Assembly (NCBI RefSeq): GCF_001194135.2
Contig: NC_068981.1
Coordinates: 156,553,213-156,589,550 of the forward strand
DNA from: Octopus bimaculoides
Lineage: Eukaryota
Reading direction: 5' to 3'
DNA: 36,338 nt
The position numbers were made by a program, and so were the translations under genes. How positions within the stretch are numbered: the stretch's first letter is position 1; every line of letters starts with the position of its first letter. The notes below the pieces were generated by a model. The model was given only the letters and a program-made list of their open reading frames with translations. It searched no databases and was not told the DNA's origin. Below, one piece after another: positions 22,990-33,395 of this stretch.

Positions 22990-23715
22990 ATAAGGTTTGT
23001 TCAAAAAGTATCTGACTTTATCTTCTCCCACCAAAACTAACACTGCATAGGCAAAATCCTTTGGATAAAAGGTGATGCCACCCTTCCTGCACATATGTGA
23101 ACATTTTTGCACCAGTAGGCCATATCAATTCATGGGTGTTATGGATAGAGTACAGACATGTAGCGTGCACTCATCAGATTTTCATTTTCACACAAGACCA
23201 AATGCATTGAGCAGAGACCATAAACCCATGTCTCATCACCAGTGATTATGGTCTCCATGAAGTCTGGGTTGTGGCTTGCACAGTGCAGTATGTTCTGAGT
23301 GATTTTTATGTGGAGTTGCATCTGCTGCTCTGCCAGTGCCTTGGGGATGAATTTTGCTGACACTCTCTGCATATATAACTCTTTCATTAAAATGGAATGC
23401 ATTGATCCTATGTTGAATCCCACTTTGTGAGCAATTTCCTTAATTGTTAGTCAATGGTTTTCCATGGCTATTTGCCAAACTTTCCTCAATTAGCTCCTTG
23501 CTTTGGCTTGTAGATGGCCTGCTTGAGTGTGCCTCACTCTCCACTGAGGTGTAGCCAGGTTTGATCAAAGTTTTGCCCACGGCATCATTGCCAAAGGCCT
23601 GTTGAATTTTCTGGATAGTTTGAGCTTAAGCACCATCAAGCTTTTAGCAAAAGTTGATGCAATATCTCTGCTCAATGCATTCCATGAAAATGAAAATCCA
23701 ACAAGCGTGCACTTT
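22990..23715 (-). mobile_element. Second mariner remnant (fold-back derivative)
   Basis: On the minus strand, MECIEQRYCINFC...IQQAFGND runs from 23685 to RVSAKFIP...IITGDETWVYG at 23217. A TIR-like TAAGGTTTGTTCAAAAAGTATCTGAC is at 22991. Confidence 0.85.
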
Positions 23716-25849
23716 ATGTCTGCCTCAACAAAATCCAAGCATAGAAAAACAAAAGTTTAAATGATTATAATAATAAGGATGATGATGAAATATATGATTT
23801 ACATCCTATCGCAAACAAGCCTCAAATGAATACTAAATTGTGACGTAAACAGCCAAAGAAAGTGGAGCTGGAATGTGTAGCATGGCAAAGTAAGGTAGAG
23901 TCCCAGGGTGAAGGAAGAATGACAGGAAGAGGAAAAAGATCTCTTTCAACTACCAAGCAAAGTGAAAGATCATAGGATGGGAAGAGTAAGAAGTTATGCA
24001 TGCTTGTGTGTGTGTGTGTGTATGTGTGAACTTGTAGATATACATGGGTAAAGAGTAGAGACATGTGGGTACACATATACTGACAAGATGTTGTTTTGGG
24101 ATATGTGTGTGTGAAGACATGTTGGTGTACATGGGGGTGTCAAGGGGGAAAGACAGTGGAAGAGATAAGGTTCATGTAAGGGAAAGTTGTGGGGGTGTGA
24201 GTGAAAACAGTGAGGGCATATAGGTGACTGAGATATAGACAGTAGGGTGTGGGTAGGGTGCATGGGATCAGTATGGGAAAGTGGAGAGAGAGAGAAAGAG
24301 TAAGAGAAAGAGAGATACAAAGGGAAGGAAGTATAGTAAGGTGGCTGGTGGCAAGAAAAGATTATGTTGGAGGAGAACTGAGACTGAAAGCTGTATAGGT
24401 TTGGAGAGAGAAGATGAGCTTCTGTTCCCCATGGAGGCAAAGGAGAGGATGCTGGTGAGGTAACTATGCTGAAGATTGAAAGGTTTTAGGTGGAATGGTC
24501 AACAGAGCAGAAATGTTGAGGACAGGCAATCTGTTATTAAATATATATTTTATGATATTACTTAGGCATAATGGTACTAATAATCAGTTGTTAGAGCAAA
24601 GCATTCAATGAGTACAGAGCATAATATCAATTAACAAATGACAAAAAAAAACAAGTTATGTTATCACTTTCATTAAATTGGCGTTAGGTAGTGCATCCAA
24701 CTGTAGAAACTCTGCCAAATGCTCTGTCACTTCACCATATCAATGAATCTATTAAACACAGTGATTAATGAAATCCTGTGGTCTATGAAAACTTCATTAC
24801 TCTAATCATATCAACATTTTCTATTTTGATATGATCATGAGAATATATTATATTATCACACTATGATAGCTGGATTAGTGAGGGATTATAATGTTTGAGT
24901 TGATAAGTTGTTGGTTTCTTGGTAATAGTTTCATGAGTTCATATTCTATAACCAAAGACTTGTTGTTGCTAACCGACTTAATGGTGTCCTAAGCTGAAGA
25001 GTTTGCGGTCCACATCATCTTTTATTTTTTACTTCTTCCAGTCATTGAACTGCAGTCATGCTTCTCCATATTCAATCTCCAACATCATTCTTATTGTTCT
25101 ACCCCACTTTCTTCACCATCCTGATGCATTTGAAACAAGGGATTCCATCATATCTATTAATACCTTAAAAACTCCACCATCACACTTCTGTAATGCTAGC
25201 CATCACTCTTCACAACTTCACTTATGATTGACATACATCACTCTCTATGAGAGAGAGAGAGAGCCTAACTCTAAGACTATCCATTGCCTCTCTCTCTCTT
25301 TTCCTACCTAACATGTAATTGCCATCACTGTCTCTTTCCCATTAACTTCTGTCATTACTATCTTCCTTCCATTACTCCTCCCAGTATTGTCTCTTCCATT
25401 AATCCCACTTCAACCATCCTCTCACTCCAATAATTCTGTTTCTTTCATCATATATTTTCTTCTTACTTCTTCTCACTTAGTAAACTAAATAACTGCTTGT
25501 TATTTTTGGCACATTGTCTTGACTAATAAAGACTATGTACAACAGTGGGAGATTCTTCAGAGTTGCAACATACAAGGCAGCTCCACTCTATAAAGTGCCA
25601 GGTAAATGAGCAGAGACAACATAGAGTCAAAGGAGTTTAATATTGCCAAAATTACGATAACTTCTCTAGTATCGGAATCATGAAAAAGTATACCAAGTAC
25701 ATTTTGTAAAGGGGTTGATAACAGGAAGGACATTGCTAGGAAAGCAAGTAACTGAATAAGGACTATCTCAGATCATGAGGACATATCCAGTTAATGCCAA
25801 CATGGAAAGCAGACATAAAATGATGATGATGATGATGATGATGATACAT

Positions 25850-26057
25850 TATTTACAATTGACGGATATTTGTCCTCATCTTGTTTGTTGTTAATACGTT
25901 TCAGCTGATATACCATCCAGCCTTCAACAGGTGTCTTGGGGAAATTTCGAACCTGGGTTCTCATTCCTAAGGTATTTTTCGACATTATTATTATTTTGGA
26001 ATCTTGGGGTTAGTAGCCTGCGCTCTTAACCACTATGCCATATGCCCGTGGGCATAT
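25850..26057 (-). mobile_element. tRNA-like-headed short element with a degenerate hammerhead-like motif
   Basis: A-box TGGCATAGTGGT (26040-26029), B-box-like GGTTCGAAATT (25953-25943), then CTGTTGA-stem-GAAA (25930-25899). Confidence 0.55.
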
Positions 26058-27009
26058 AGAACTGGATAATGATGATGATGATAACAATGATGATGATGGT
26101 GGTGATTTTATGACATGTAGCTATTTATCAATTGAAACTGGAAAGACATTATTCACATCAAACTATTTTCCACCAAAGAAAAATCAAAGGTTTCCTCTTC
26201 TGTTTGCCTCTTATGTTGGCCTGCATATGTACAACATTTAACTCTTGATTTCATAGTAGTTGTTACAACTATTATTATTTTTTTTTTTATGTGGGGATTT
26301 CTATGTATAGCTGTATGCATTTTACTTCTAACCAGACTACAAAAATGTAGATGCAGAACTTATTTTGCTCACTAGTAGACTGAGACAATCAGAGTTATGT
26401 GCCGAAGTTTATAAACAATAATTTAATCCAACATAAATATTAAGAAACACTAACAAATAGACTAAGAAGACTATGAACACTTGAGATATCGGTAACAAAC
26501 GAGTAATTAGGTCACTAAAAATCATTAATACATCACTGGAATTGGCAATGTTACTAGTTTATTTTAGCCAGTCTCCTTCTATTTCTTTAACCACTCATCT
26601 CATTTTAACTCTGCTGAGCTTGTCTCTGTTCTACCTACTTCCATTCTTTTCTGAACAATAACAGCAGTTGTTTTATGTTTTGTTTTTTTTCCAACAAGGT
26701 TTTCTACTCAACAAAGTCAACAGGTTTCTTCAGAGGTAAGATACATTCTTGTTGTACTGGAAGTTCATAGTAGTTTGACATCAAGTGTGTTTGCTTTGTG
26801 TAAAGAAAAATAAAGGTGTTAATCATTGTGCATTATTTATAGTCTCTAAAGTCTAAAGATAAACAAAAGAGTTAGGAACAAGAAGGATTGGTAAAGTGTG
26901 TTCCTGTGCATGCATGCACATATGTGTGTGTGTGTTGATAACTAGTATATTAACTAGCCTTACACACTTTTCTGTAGCTTAGGTAGACAACAACAAAAAA
27001 CAGTAATAA

Positions 27010-27140
27010 TAATCCTTTCAACAAATTTTTTAGGAAGGAACTAGTCGATTACATTAACCCCAGTACTCAACTGGTACTTAATTTATCGACCCTGAAAGGA
27101 TGAAAGGCAAAGTTGACCTTGGCAGAATTTGAAATCAAAA
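27010..27140 (-). mobile_element. Family B SINE, partial
   Basis: CTGGTACTTAATTTATCGACCCTGAAAGGATGAAAGGCAAAGTTGACC core. Confidence 0.75.
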
Positions 27141-27218
27141 CGTATATAGTATGCTACACTATATCATATTGTATTAAGAAAAGGAAAACTACCAGAATGG
27201 GTAGTCATTTATTTCCTC

Positions 27219-27610
27219 TGGCACGTAAATAGCACCATTTGAGCAGCATCATTACCAGCGTCGCCTAACTGGCACTTGTGCCGGTGGCACGTTTAGAAAA
27301 TCATTTGAGCGAGGTCGTTGCCAGTGCCGCTGGACTGGCTCCTGGCTCCCGTGCAGATGGCACGTAAAAAAACACCATTTTGAGCGTGGCCATTGCCAGT
27401 ACCACGTGACTGGCCCTTGTGCTGGTGGCACGTAAAAGCACCCACTACACTCTCGCACGGTTGGTGTTAGGAAGGGCATCCAGCTGTAGAAACTCTGCCA
27501 GATCAGATTGGAGCCTGATGCAGCCATCCGGTTCACCAGTACTCAGTCATATCGTCCAATCCATGCTAGCATGGAAAGCAGACGTTAAACGACGACGATG
27601 ATGATGATGA
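27219..27610 (-). repeat. Dispersed repeat family E
   Basis: High similarity to 18238-18645, with four TGGCACGT-anchored subunits. Confidence 0.85.
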
Positions 27611-29011
27611 CAGCAAGAAACCTGTTCCTATCTCTCTATTATACTCTTTTTTTTCAATGTCTAGCATAAACTGCCTCCATTAATGCTACAACCTCACTCA
27701 ATCAAAGGGTCTTGTCTTGTGAGCAAATAGGCAGTCTCACTAGTATTGGTGGTGGTGGTGGTGGGGGGGGGGTTACAAAAAAGCAACCAATATACTCTGT
27801 AAAGTGGCGGTGCTAGGAAGAGCATCCAGTCATAGAAACCATGTCAAAACAGCAGACATAGAAGCTTGACACAGTCCTCTGATCTGTATGATACTGTCAA
27901 ACCATCCAACCTATTCCAGTATGGAATATGGATATCAAATGATGTTGCTGATGATGTACAGCTTCTTATTACAAACTTAATAACAACTGCAACAAAAGTA
28001 ATTCCAGTAATGAAAACAATTACCTCAACAGCAGTAGCAAGTATAGCAGCAACTGAATGGCATCAGTAACTACAACAACTAAAAAGGCAAATTATTTTAA
28101 AAACACCAGTTTGTGTTGTCCAAGTGAGACTTAATCAACCAGTTCATATTCTATATTCCTTGTCAACATCATAAAATTTCTAAATGATACCATAAAAGCT
28201 TTATACCATTTTATGCATCAGTATTCAAAAAGTGTATTTGTCTTTTAATTGATTCCCAGTTCTTTCTTTTTTTTTTTTTTTTTGACCCTGGTTGCTAAAA
28301 TAATTTTTGTTTCAGCTAGGCTCAAGGAAATTATTCATAGGGACAGAAACCTTATTCCTTTACAGGTTTCAGTTATTGAACAGCAGCTATGCTAGGAAAG
28401 CAGCCTCAGCAGCTTTAATTGATAATTCTGTTGAACCAGTAAATTAAGGGACAGATTATAAACAAAAACAGTTTTTTAGACTGGTGTAAATATAACCACA
28501 GATACAGATGGATACACACACGCAATCATCATCATTATCATCATCACCAGCACCAGCACCACCACCAAAAACAACAACAACATCATCCTTTTACATCTAC
28601 TTTCAATACTGGTGAGTTGCTACTCCCATAGACTGTGGTGTTCATATATGTTATTTGGCTTGTTACTTCACTTCTACTGTCAGATGCCATTTCTATTGCC
28701 AGCCACTTTACAGAGAGCACTGGGTGCATTTTCAAGGGGCAGTTGAATAGTCATTTGGAGAGACAGGACTATAGGAATCACACAGCCTTCTGCTTTCTCT
28801 GCTCATTTGCAATCGTTTTTCAGTGTATAGAGGGAGCATTTTTCATGGTATCAACACTAGAAAGGATATGTTTACCTGTCCCTCTAAGAGTAGCACAATT
28901 TGGAGCCTTTCTCATGGCACCAAATTGTGTAAAGGTGTAAAGGTGCTTTGTATACAGGAAATGAAGAGAATATTTAATACCCTGAGATATGTGGACTGAG
29001 GAGGAGAGAAT

Positions 29012-29049
<38 letters not shown>

Positions 29050-29119
29050 TTGCAGTCACAAATAGGTAAGTACCCAAAAATCTAAGTTTCTACATGTAAC
29101 TTCTTTATTATTAATATAT

Positions 29120-29269
29120 NNNNNNNNNNNNNNNNNNNNNNNNNNNNNNNNNNNNNNNNNNNNNNNNNNNNNNNNNNNNNNNNNNNNNNNNNNNNNNNNN
29201 NNNNNNNNNNNNNNNNNNNNNNNNNNNNNNNNNNNNNNNNNNNNNNNNNNNNNNNNNNNNNNNNNNNNN
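29120..29269. other. Assembly gap (N run)
   Basis: 150 N. Other gaps are at 8130-8139, 18989-18998, 22531-22548 and 34633-34761. Confidence 0.99.
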
Positions 29270-29999
29270 ATATATATATAATGAATGTGACTTTTGTCCT
29301 CAGCATGCAAAACTACATTTAAAAAAAAATAATCTGGTGAAAATTTGAAATGCTTCAAATGCTTGGAAGAAAATTAACAGAATTACCGATTTTTATTTTC
29401 AGTGAAAGTGCAAGTTTAGAAATGGTTGAACTTGGCAAATCGAAAGCTCTCCTCGGGTAGAACTTAATTGGTGATTAACATCTCAGAGGAAAGAATTATC
29501 TACTAGAAGATATTTACAGTGTATCTAGTAATATTCAGTCAACTATTAAGTCTGATGCATTGTTGGGATAATTCATTGGTAATCAACCAATGCGTTTCGT
29601 TTACTTTCACACATAAAATCAGGTTTCTTTCAGTTTTATTTTATTGCCGGTTATGAACGATTAAAGTTTTATTTAACTTTCATCTATTCATCTTCCTTTC
29701 ACTTTATTGTCTGCCATTATATATCCATCAAGCGAAAATCCTCGTGCCTGTTGACATCAGCATGTTTTCGACGAAATACTGTTACTAGCAAAAAAAACAA
29801 AACAAAAGGTGTTACTAGCTGATTGTTCTGGAAGATGGTGACACGTTTGTTTGTGCTAGCTTGTCAGCTGTTAAACAGTTGTTGACAAAAGGGGGCACTA
29901 ATGAATACATGAGATATTCACCACAATAGCATCTTCCCACCATGTCACTATACACACCTCCATTCAACTCAACACAACCTCTTTATAATACAATATTTT

Positions 30000-30235
30000 C
30001 AGCTTCTTCACAACTACGACGCTATGATGGGAACCTCTAAGGGTCGCATGGTCTGCTCGAAATAGCATCTACATCTCCCTCAGATCACATCCTATTGTCT
30101 TAAATAAAGAAATGACACAAGAGTTAAGGTAGTACCACATACTCCTAAAAAGACGGTGGTCACAGCTGGAATACCTTTGATCATAGATCAGCTCAATCGA
30201 GATTAACCTAAGCTAAACAACAAGAACAACATAGT
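30000..30235. repeat. Dispersed repeat family D
   Basis: The shared AAATAGCA...ATCTCCCTCA.ATCA...CCTA...GGAATACCTTTGATCAT block also occurs at about 2420-2595 and 35150-35420, and inverted at about 18100-18200. Confidence 0.65.
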
Positions 30236-30291
30236 TTCTGATAAAGACAAGAAATTGCTTATGTTAGTAGGGAAATCACAAGTTTACTTAC

Positions 30292-30903
30292 CTTTTGGAT
30301 ACTTCCTGCAGTCCATATATGGTTGTCTCGCAAGATAATCATAGAAGATAAATCGTACCTGTGGGTTGCTAAACCCCCAACAAAAAGAGAATACTTCTCT
30401 ACTAGACGGAATCCCGGAGTAGTTCTGCGTGTATCAGCCAGTTTCCCTTTCCAGCCAACCCCTTCAGCTTTCAGGGCCAATTTGCGGGCCAAAGTCGCTA
30501 GTCCACTTGCCCTGCACGCACAGTTGAGGGCTACACGTTCTCCGAGCAACAAGCACCGTACTCTGCCTTTGATAATCGCAACTGTTTGGACTGGATTCAG
30601 GTATGTTCCTTCCGGGTAAAGCCATTCAATTTCACACTCCAGCTCTTTAAATACAGCATCTATAAATGGTCTTCCTGCCAACACACCAGCCTGTCTCATG
30701 ATCAAGGCAGCGGTCACTTTTTTCTCCCCTACTACGAACCCCCCGAAATCAAAATTTGGCGAATCTTCTTTAATCCATTCTCTGGCTAAATGTTGTACAG
30801 TGACAGGTGATAATGCATGGCAAGTTTCAGGACCCGAAGTAATCCGAGAATGGTTATTATTGTAATGTAAATAGTTCTTCCTTTGGTCGTAATAAGCAGA
30901 CAT
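30292..30903 (-). CDS. QPRT: Quinolinate phosphoribosyltransferase (nicotinate-nucleotide pyrophosphorylase) homologue, coding exon 1
   Basis: First in-frame ATG at 30903; the track start at 30912 is a TTG. Motifs EWIKED, GVLAG.PF, LLLGERVALN, TRRTTPGFRLVEKY, HRYDL and RDNH are present. Donor AAG|GTAAGT at 30291. An upstream exon cannot be excluded. Confidence 0.95.
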
Positions 30904-31038
30904 TTTATTCAAAACATATCAGAAACAGAATGCCTTTGCCTTTCCCCTTTATTTTACACTGACCTACAACACACTACAACGCAGGTTGTTCAGAAGTTGT
31001 CCTATCTATGTAGACACCTGCGAAATGTTTGTGTAAAG

Positions 31039-31086
31039 GCGTGCGCACGCGCGCGCGCGTGTGTGTGTGTGTGTGTGCATGTGTAT
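31039..31086. repeat. 48-bp strictly alternating purine-pyrimidine tract including (CG)6
   Basis: GCGTGCGCACGCGCGCGCGCGTGTG...GCATGTGTAT, read directly from the sequence. Confidence 0.9.
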
Positions 31087-32939
31087 CGTGCTTGTATAGG
31101 TGTATTTTGTGTAGTTTGACTGACACACTGACTGGCACATTATTTATGGAGCACCCTTTCATAAAACTTCAATAACATTCAGAAAGCAGATAATAAAACT
31201 TCAATAAGACAGTAGCAAATAATTCTTACTGGAGGTTTTATACATACAAGTATACTCGCTGAGTGAAATAATTTTGTTTCATTAGAGAATTTCTCGACTG
31301 TCCATCAAGCATTCCTTTAATTACATGTTGTCTTTCCTTAGGTAATCTATTTGTTTTCTCAAAAACGTATAAACCATTCCACCTGAGATAAATAGATAGA
31401 TACACAGAGAGAGAGAGAGAGATAGGAGGGAGAGGGGGGTTGGAATTGTGTCAGTGTTGCTATTATATATTGCTAAGAAGCAATAGTTTTTTTTTTAAAT
31501 ACTGATATTAATGTCTCTGTTGGTAGGAATAAGCTCAATTAGTGTGTAGTCGGACAAGTGGATTTCCGTCTACGCATATGTTTTTTTATAAATTATATTT
31601 ATAGGTACTTTTAATGATCAAAGAAACAGGTTTGTAATGAATTCGATAACCACAAAACTTGCTTATCTATCACTGTCTATTGTGTGTGTGCGCGTGGTTG
31701 TGCATATGTACGTATGTAGGTGTGTGTATATGTGGATAAATGTACGTATGTATGTCTATGTATAGGTACATATGCGTGTACATATGTATTTACGTGCGTA
31801 TGCATGTATGCGGATGTATGTATGAGCGTGTATGTGTGTATGTATGCGCATATGTTTGTACCAACCTTCCTCAATATCCATCTTCTTATCTTTTCTCTCC
31901 CTTTTTCTTTCTCCTTACTTTCCTAGTCTAAGTAACGTTTTGAGATACTAAAGAAAACTTATATTTATGCTTCCAGAGACTGTACAGTGGAGAAGTTCCC
32001 TGTTGCTTGTACCTGACAAACAAGTGGCTATGATGGTATGATTTATTACAGAAACAACTCTGGCTTACATGACAAGGAGTTGAAAGTTTATATGTCTCTC
32101 ATGGTACTCTTAGCTATGTTAACATAGAACTAAATGACCCAGTTCAAGTGAATGGAGAAGTACAGTTTACTCCTGAAGCATTGGATAAGTATTTCTAATA
32201 TATGCACACAACCAGAAGTTTGAGATGAATGCATAATCAATTGAGCTGACCTAAGTGGAATAAAAGGCAAAGTTGACTTCAGAATGCAAAGGACTGTAAT
32301 TGGATGCAAGTATGGCTGTGTGGTTAAGAAGTTTGTTTCACAACTATGTTGTTTTATATTCAATCCAGTGAAGGCATGCAGCTTAGTGGTATTTGGCTCG
32401 TGACTACGGTTGTGAGTTTGATTCCTGGCAGTGTATTGTGTCCTTGAGCAAGATGCTTTATTTCACATTGCCCCAGTCCATTCAGCTGGTAAAAATGAGT
32501 TGTATCTGTATTTCAAAAGACCAGCCTTGTCACATTCTGCGTTATCATGCTGAAGACCATATTTAGGGTATACATGTCTGTGGAGTGCTCAGCCACTTGT
32601 ATGTTGATTTTTCAAGCAGGCTGTTCCATTTATCACATCACCTGGAACTCTCATTCTAGTTTTATATTCAATCCTGGCATCTTGGACATGTGATTTCTAC
32701 TGTAGATTTGGATCTACCAAAGATGTGTGAGTAAAATTTGGTAGATGGAAACTGTACCAACATAACCAGTTTACTCTCTTAAGCACCACCACCTGACCCT
32801 CAAATTTTAGCAGAGTCTACTCTAGGGTAAACATTTGGGCCAGGTTTTTGGTTGAGGATAACTTCCTCACTTTCATCTACCACTCTCAAAGACTTTCAAA
32901 AGGTTCATGGGTACTGCTGTTCCTCCTCTCACTAAGCCA

Positions 32940-33395
32940 TTAACCCTTTTATTACCACTCTTACGTTAAAATACACTGCCTTTATTTCACTCAATTTTCA
33001 AAAATAATGAAGAATTTACAAAAGCAAGTTTGTTATTATTATTAAGCTGAAGTAAGATGGTTAGCTGGCAGAATCGTTAAGCACACTGGGTGAAATGCTT
33101 AGCGGTATTTCACCCATCTGAGTTCTATTTCTGCCGAAGCTGACTTTGCTTTTAATCTTTTTGGGGTCAATAAATTAAGTACCAGTGAAACACTGGGATT
33201 GATGTAATTAACTACTCCCTTCTCCCCAAATTTCAGACCTTGTGCCTTCAGTAAAAAGGATTATTAAGCTGAAGTTTGGAACCTAAATTAATATGAAATT
33301 TTGATGCAAGGTTTAAAGTTAGGTGACTTTAAAACATGAAATTTTTGTTATAGAACCAAGAGTAGTCTCATGTGGTTTGGTATTAAAAAAGTTAA
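32940..33395. mobile_element. piggyBac-type MITE (TTAA-flanked), interrupted by the family B SINE
   Basis: TTAA at 32940-32943 and 33392-33395. TIRs CCCTTTTATTACC and GGTATTAAAAAAG match at 10/13. Confidence 0.6.
33054..33259 (+). mobile_element. Family B SINE with a perfect 16-bp target-site duplication
   Basis: ATTATTAAGCTGAAGT at 33038-33053 and again at 33260-33275. Confidence 0.9.

Noticed and set aside
23994-24440. 148-aa minus-strand ORF and similar ORFs over (TA)n/(CA)n tracts or N gaps
   Set aside because: Low-complexity translations (YIYI, HTHT, CVCV, X runs) with no domain motifs or splice support.
27219-27445. Regularly spaced repeats as a CRISPR array
   Set aside because: The whole units are homologous (no unique spacers), the context is eukaryotic, and there are no cas genes.
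29401-29456. Possible plus-strand exon (tttcag|...|gtagaa) antisense within QPRT intron 1
   Set aside because: Weak donor, no recognisable peptide and no partner exons.
259-30903. Functional link between GST and QPRT, or between altered QPRT and ommochrome pigment synthesis
   Set aside because: Adjacency of convergent eukaryotic genes is not evidence. QPRT acts downstream of the 3-hydroxykynurenine branch point, so a pigment link is unsupported by the sequence.
30259-30912. ORF-track version of QPRT (217 aa, starting MNKM, ending VSKLVISLLT)
   Set aside because: It starts at a TTG and reads through the GTAAGT donor at 30291. The spliced model restores the missing C-terminal domains.
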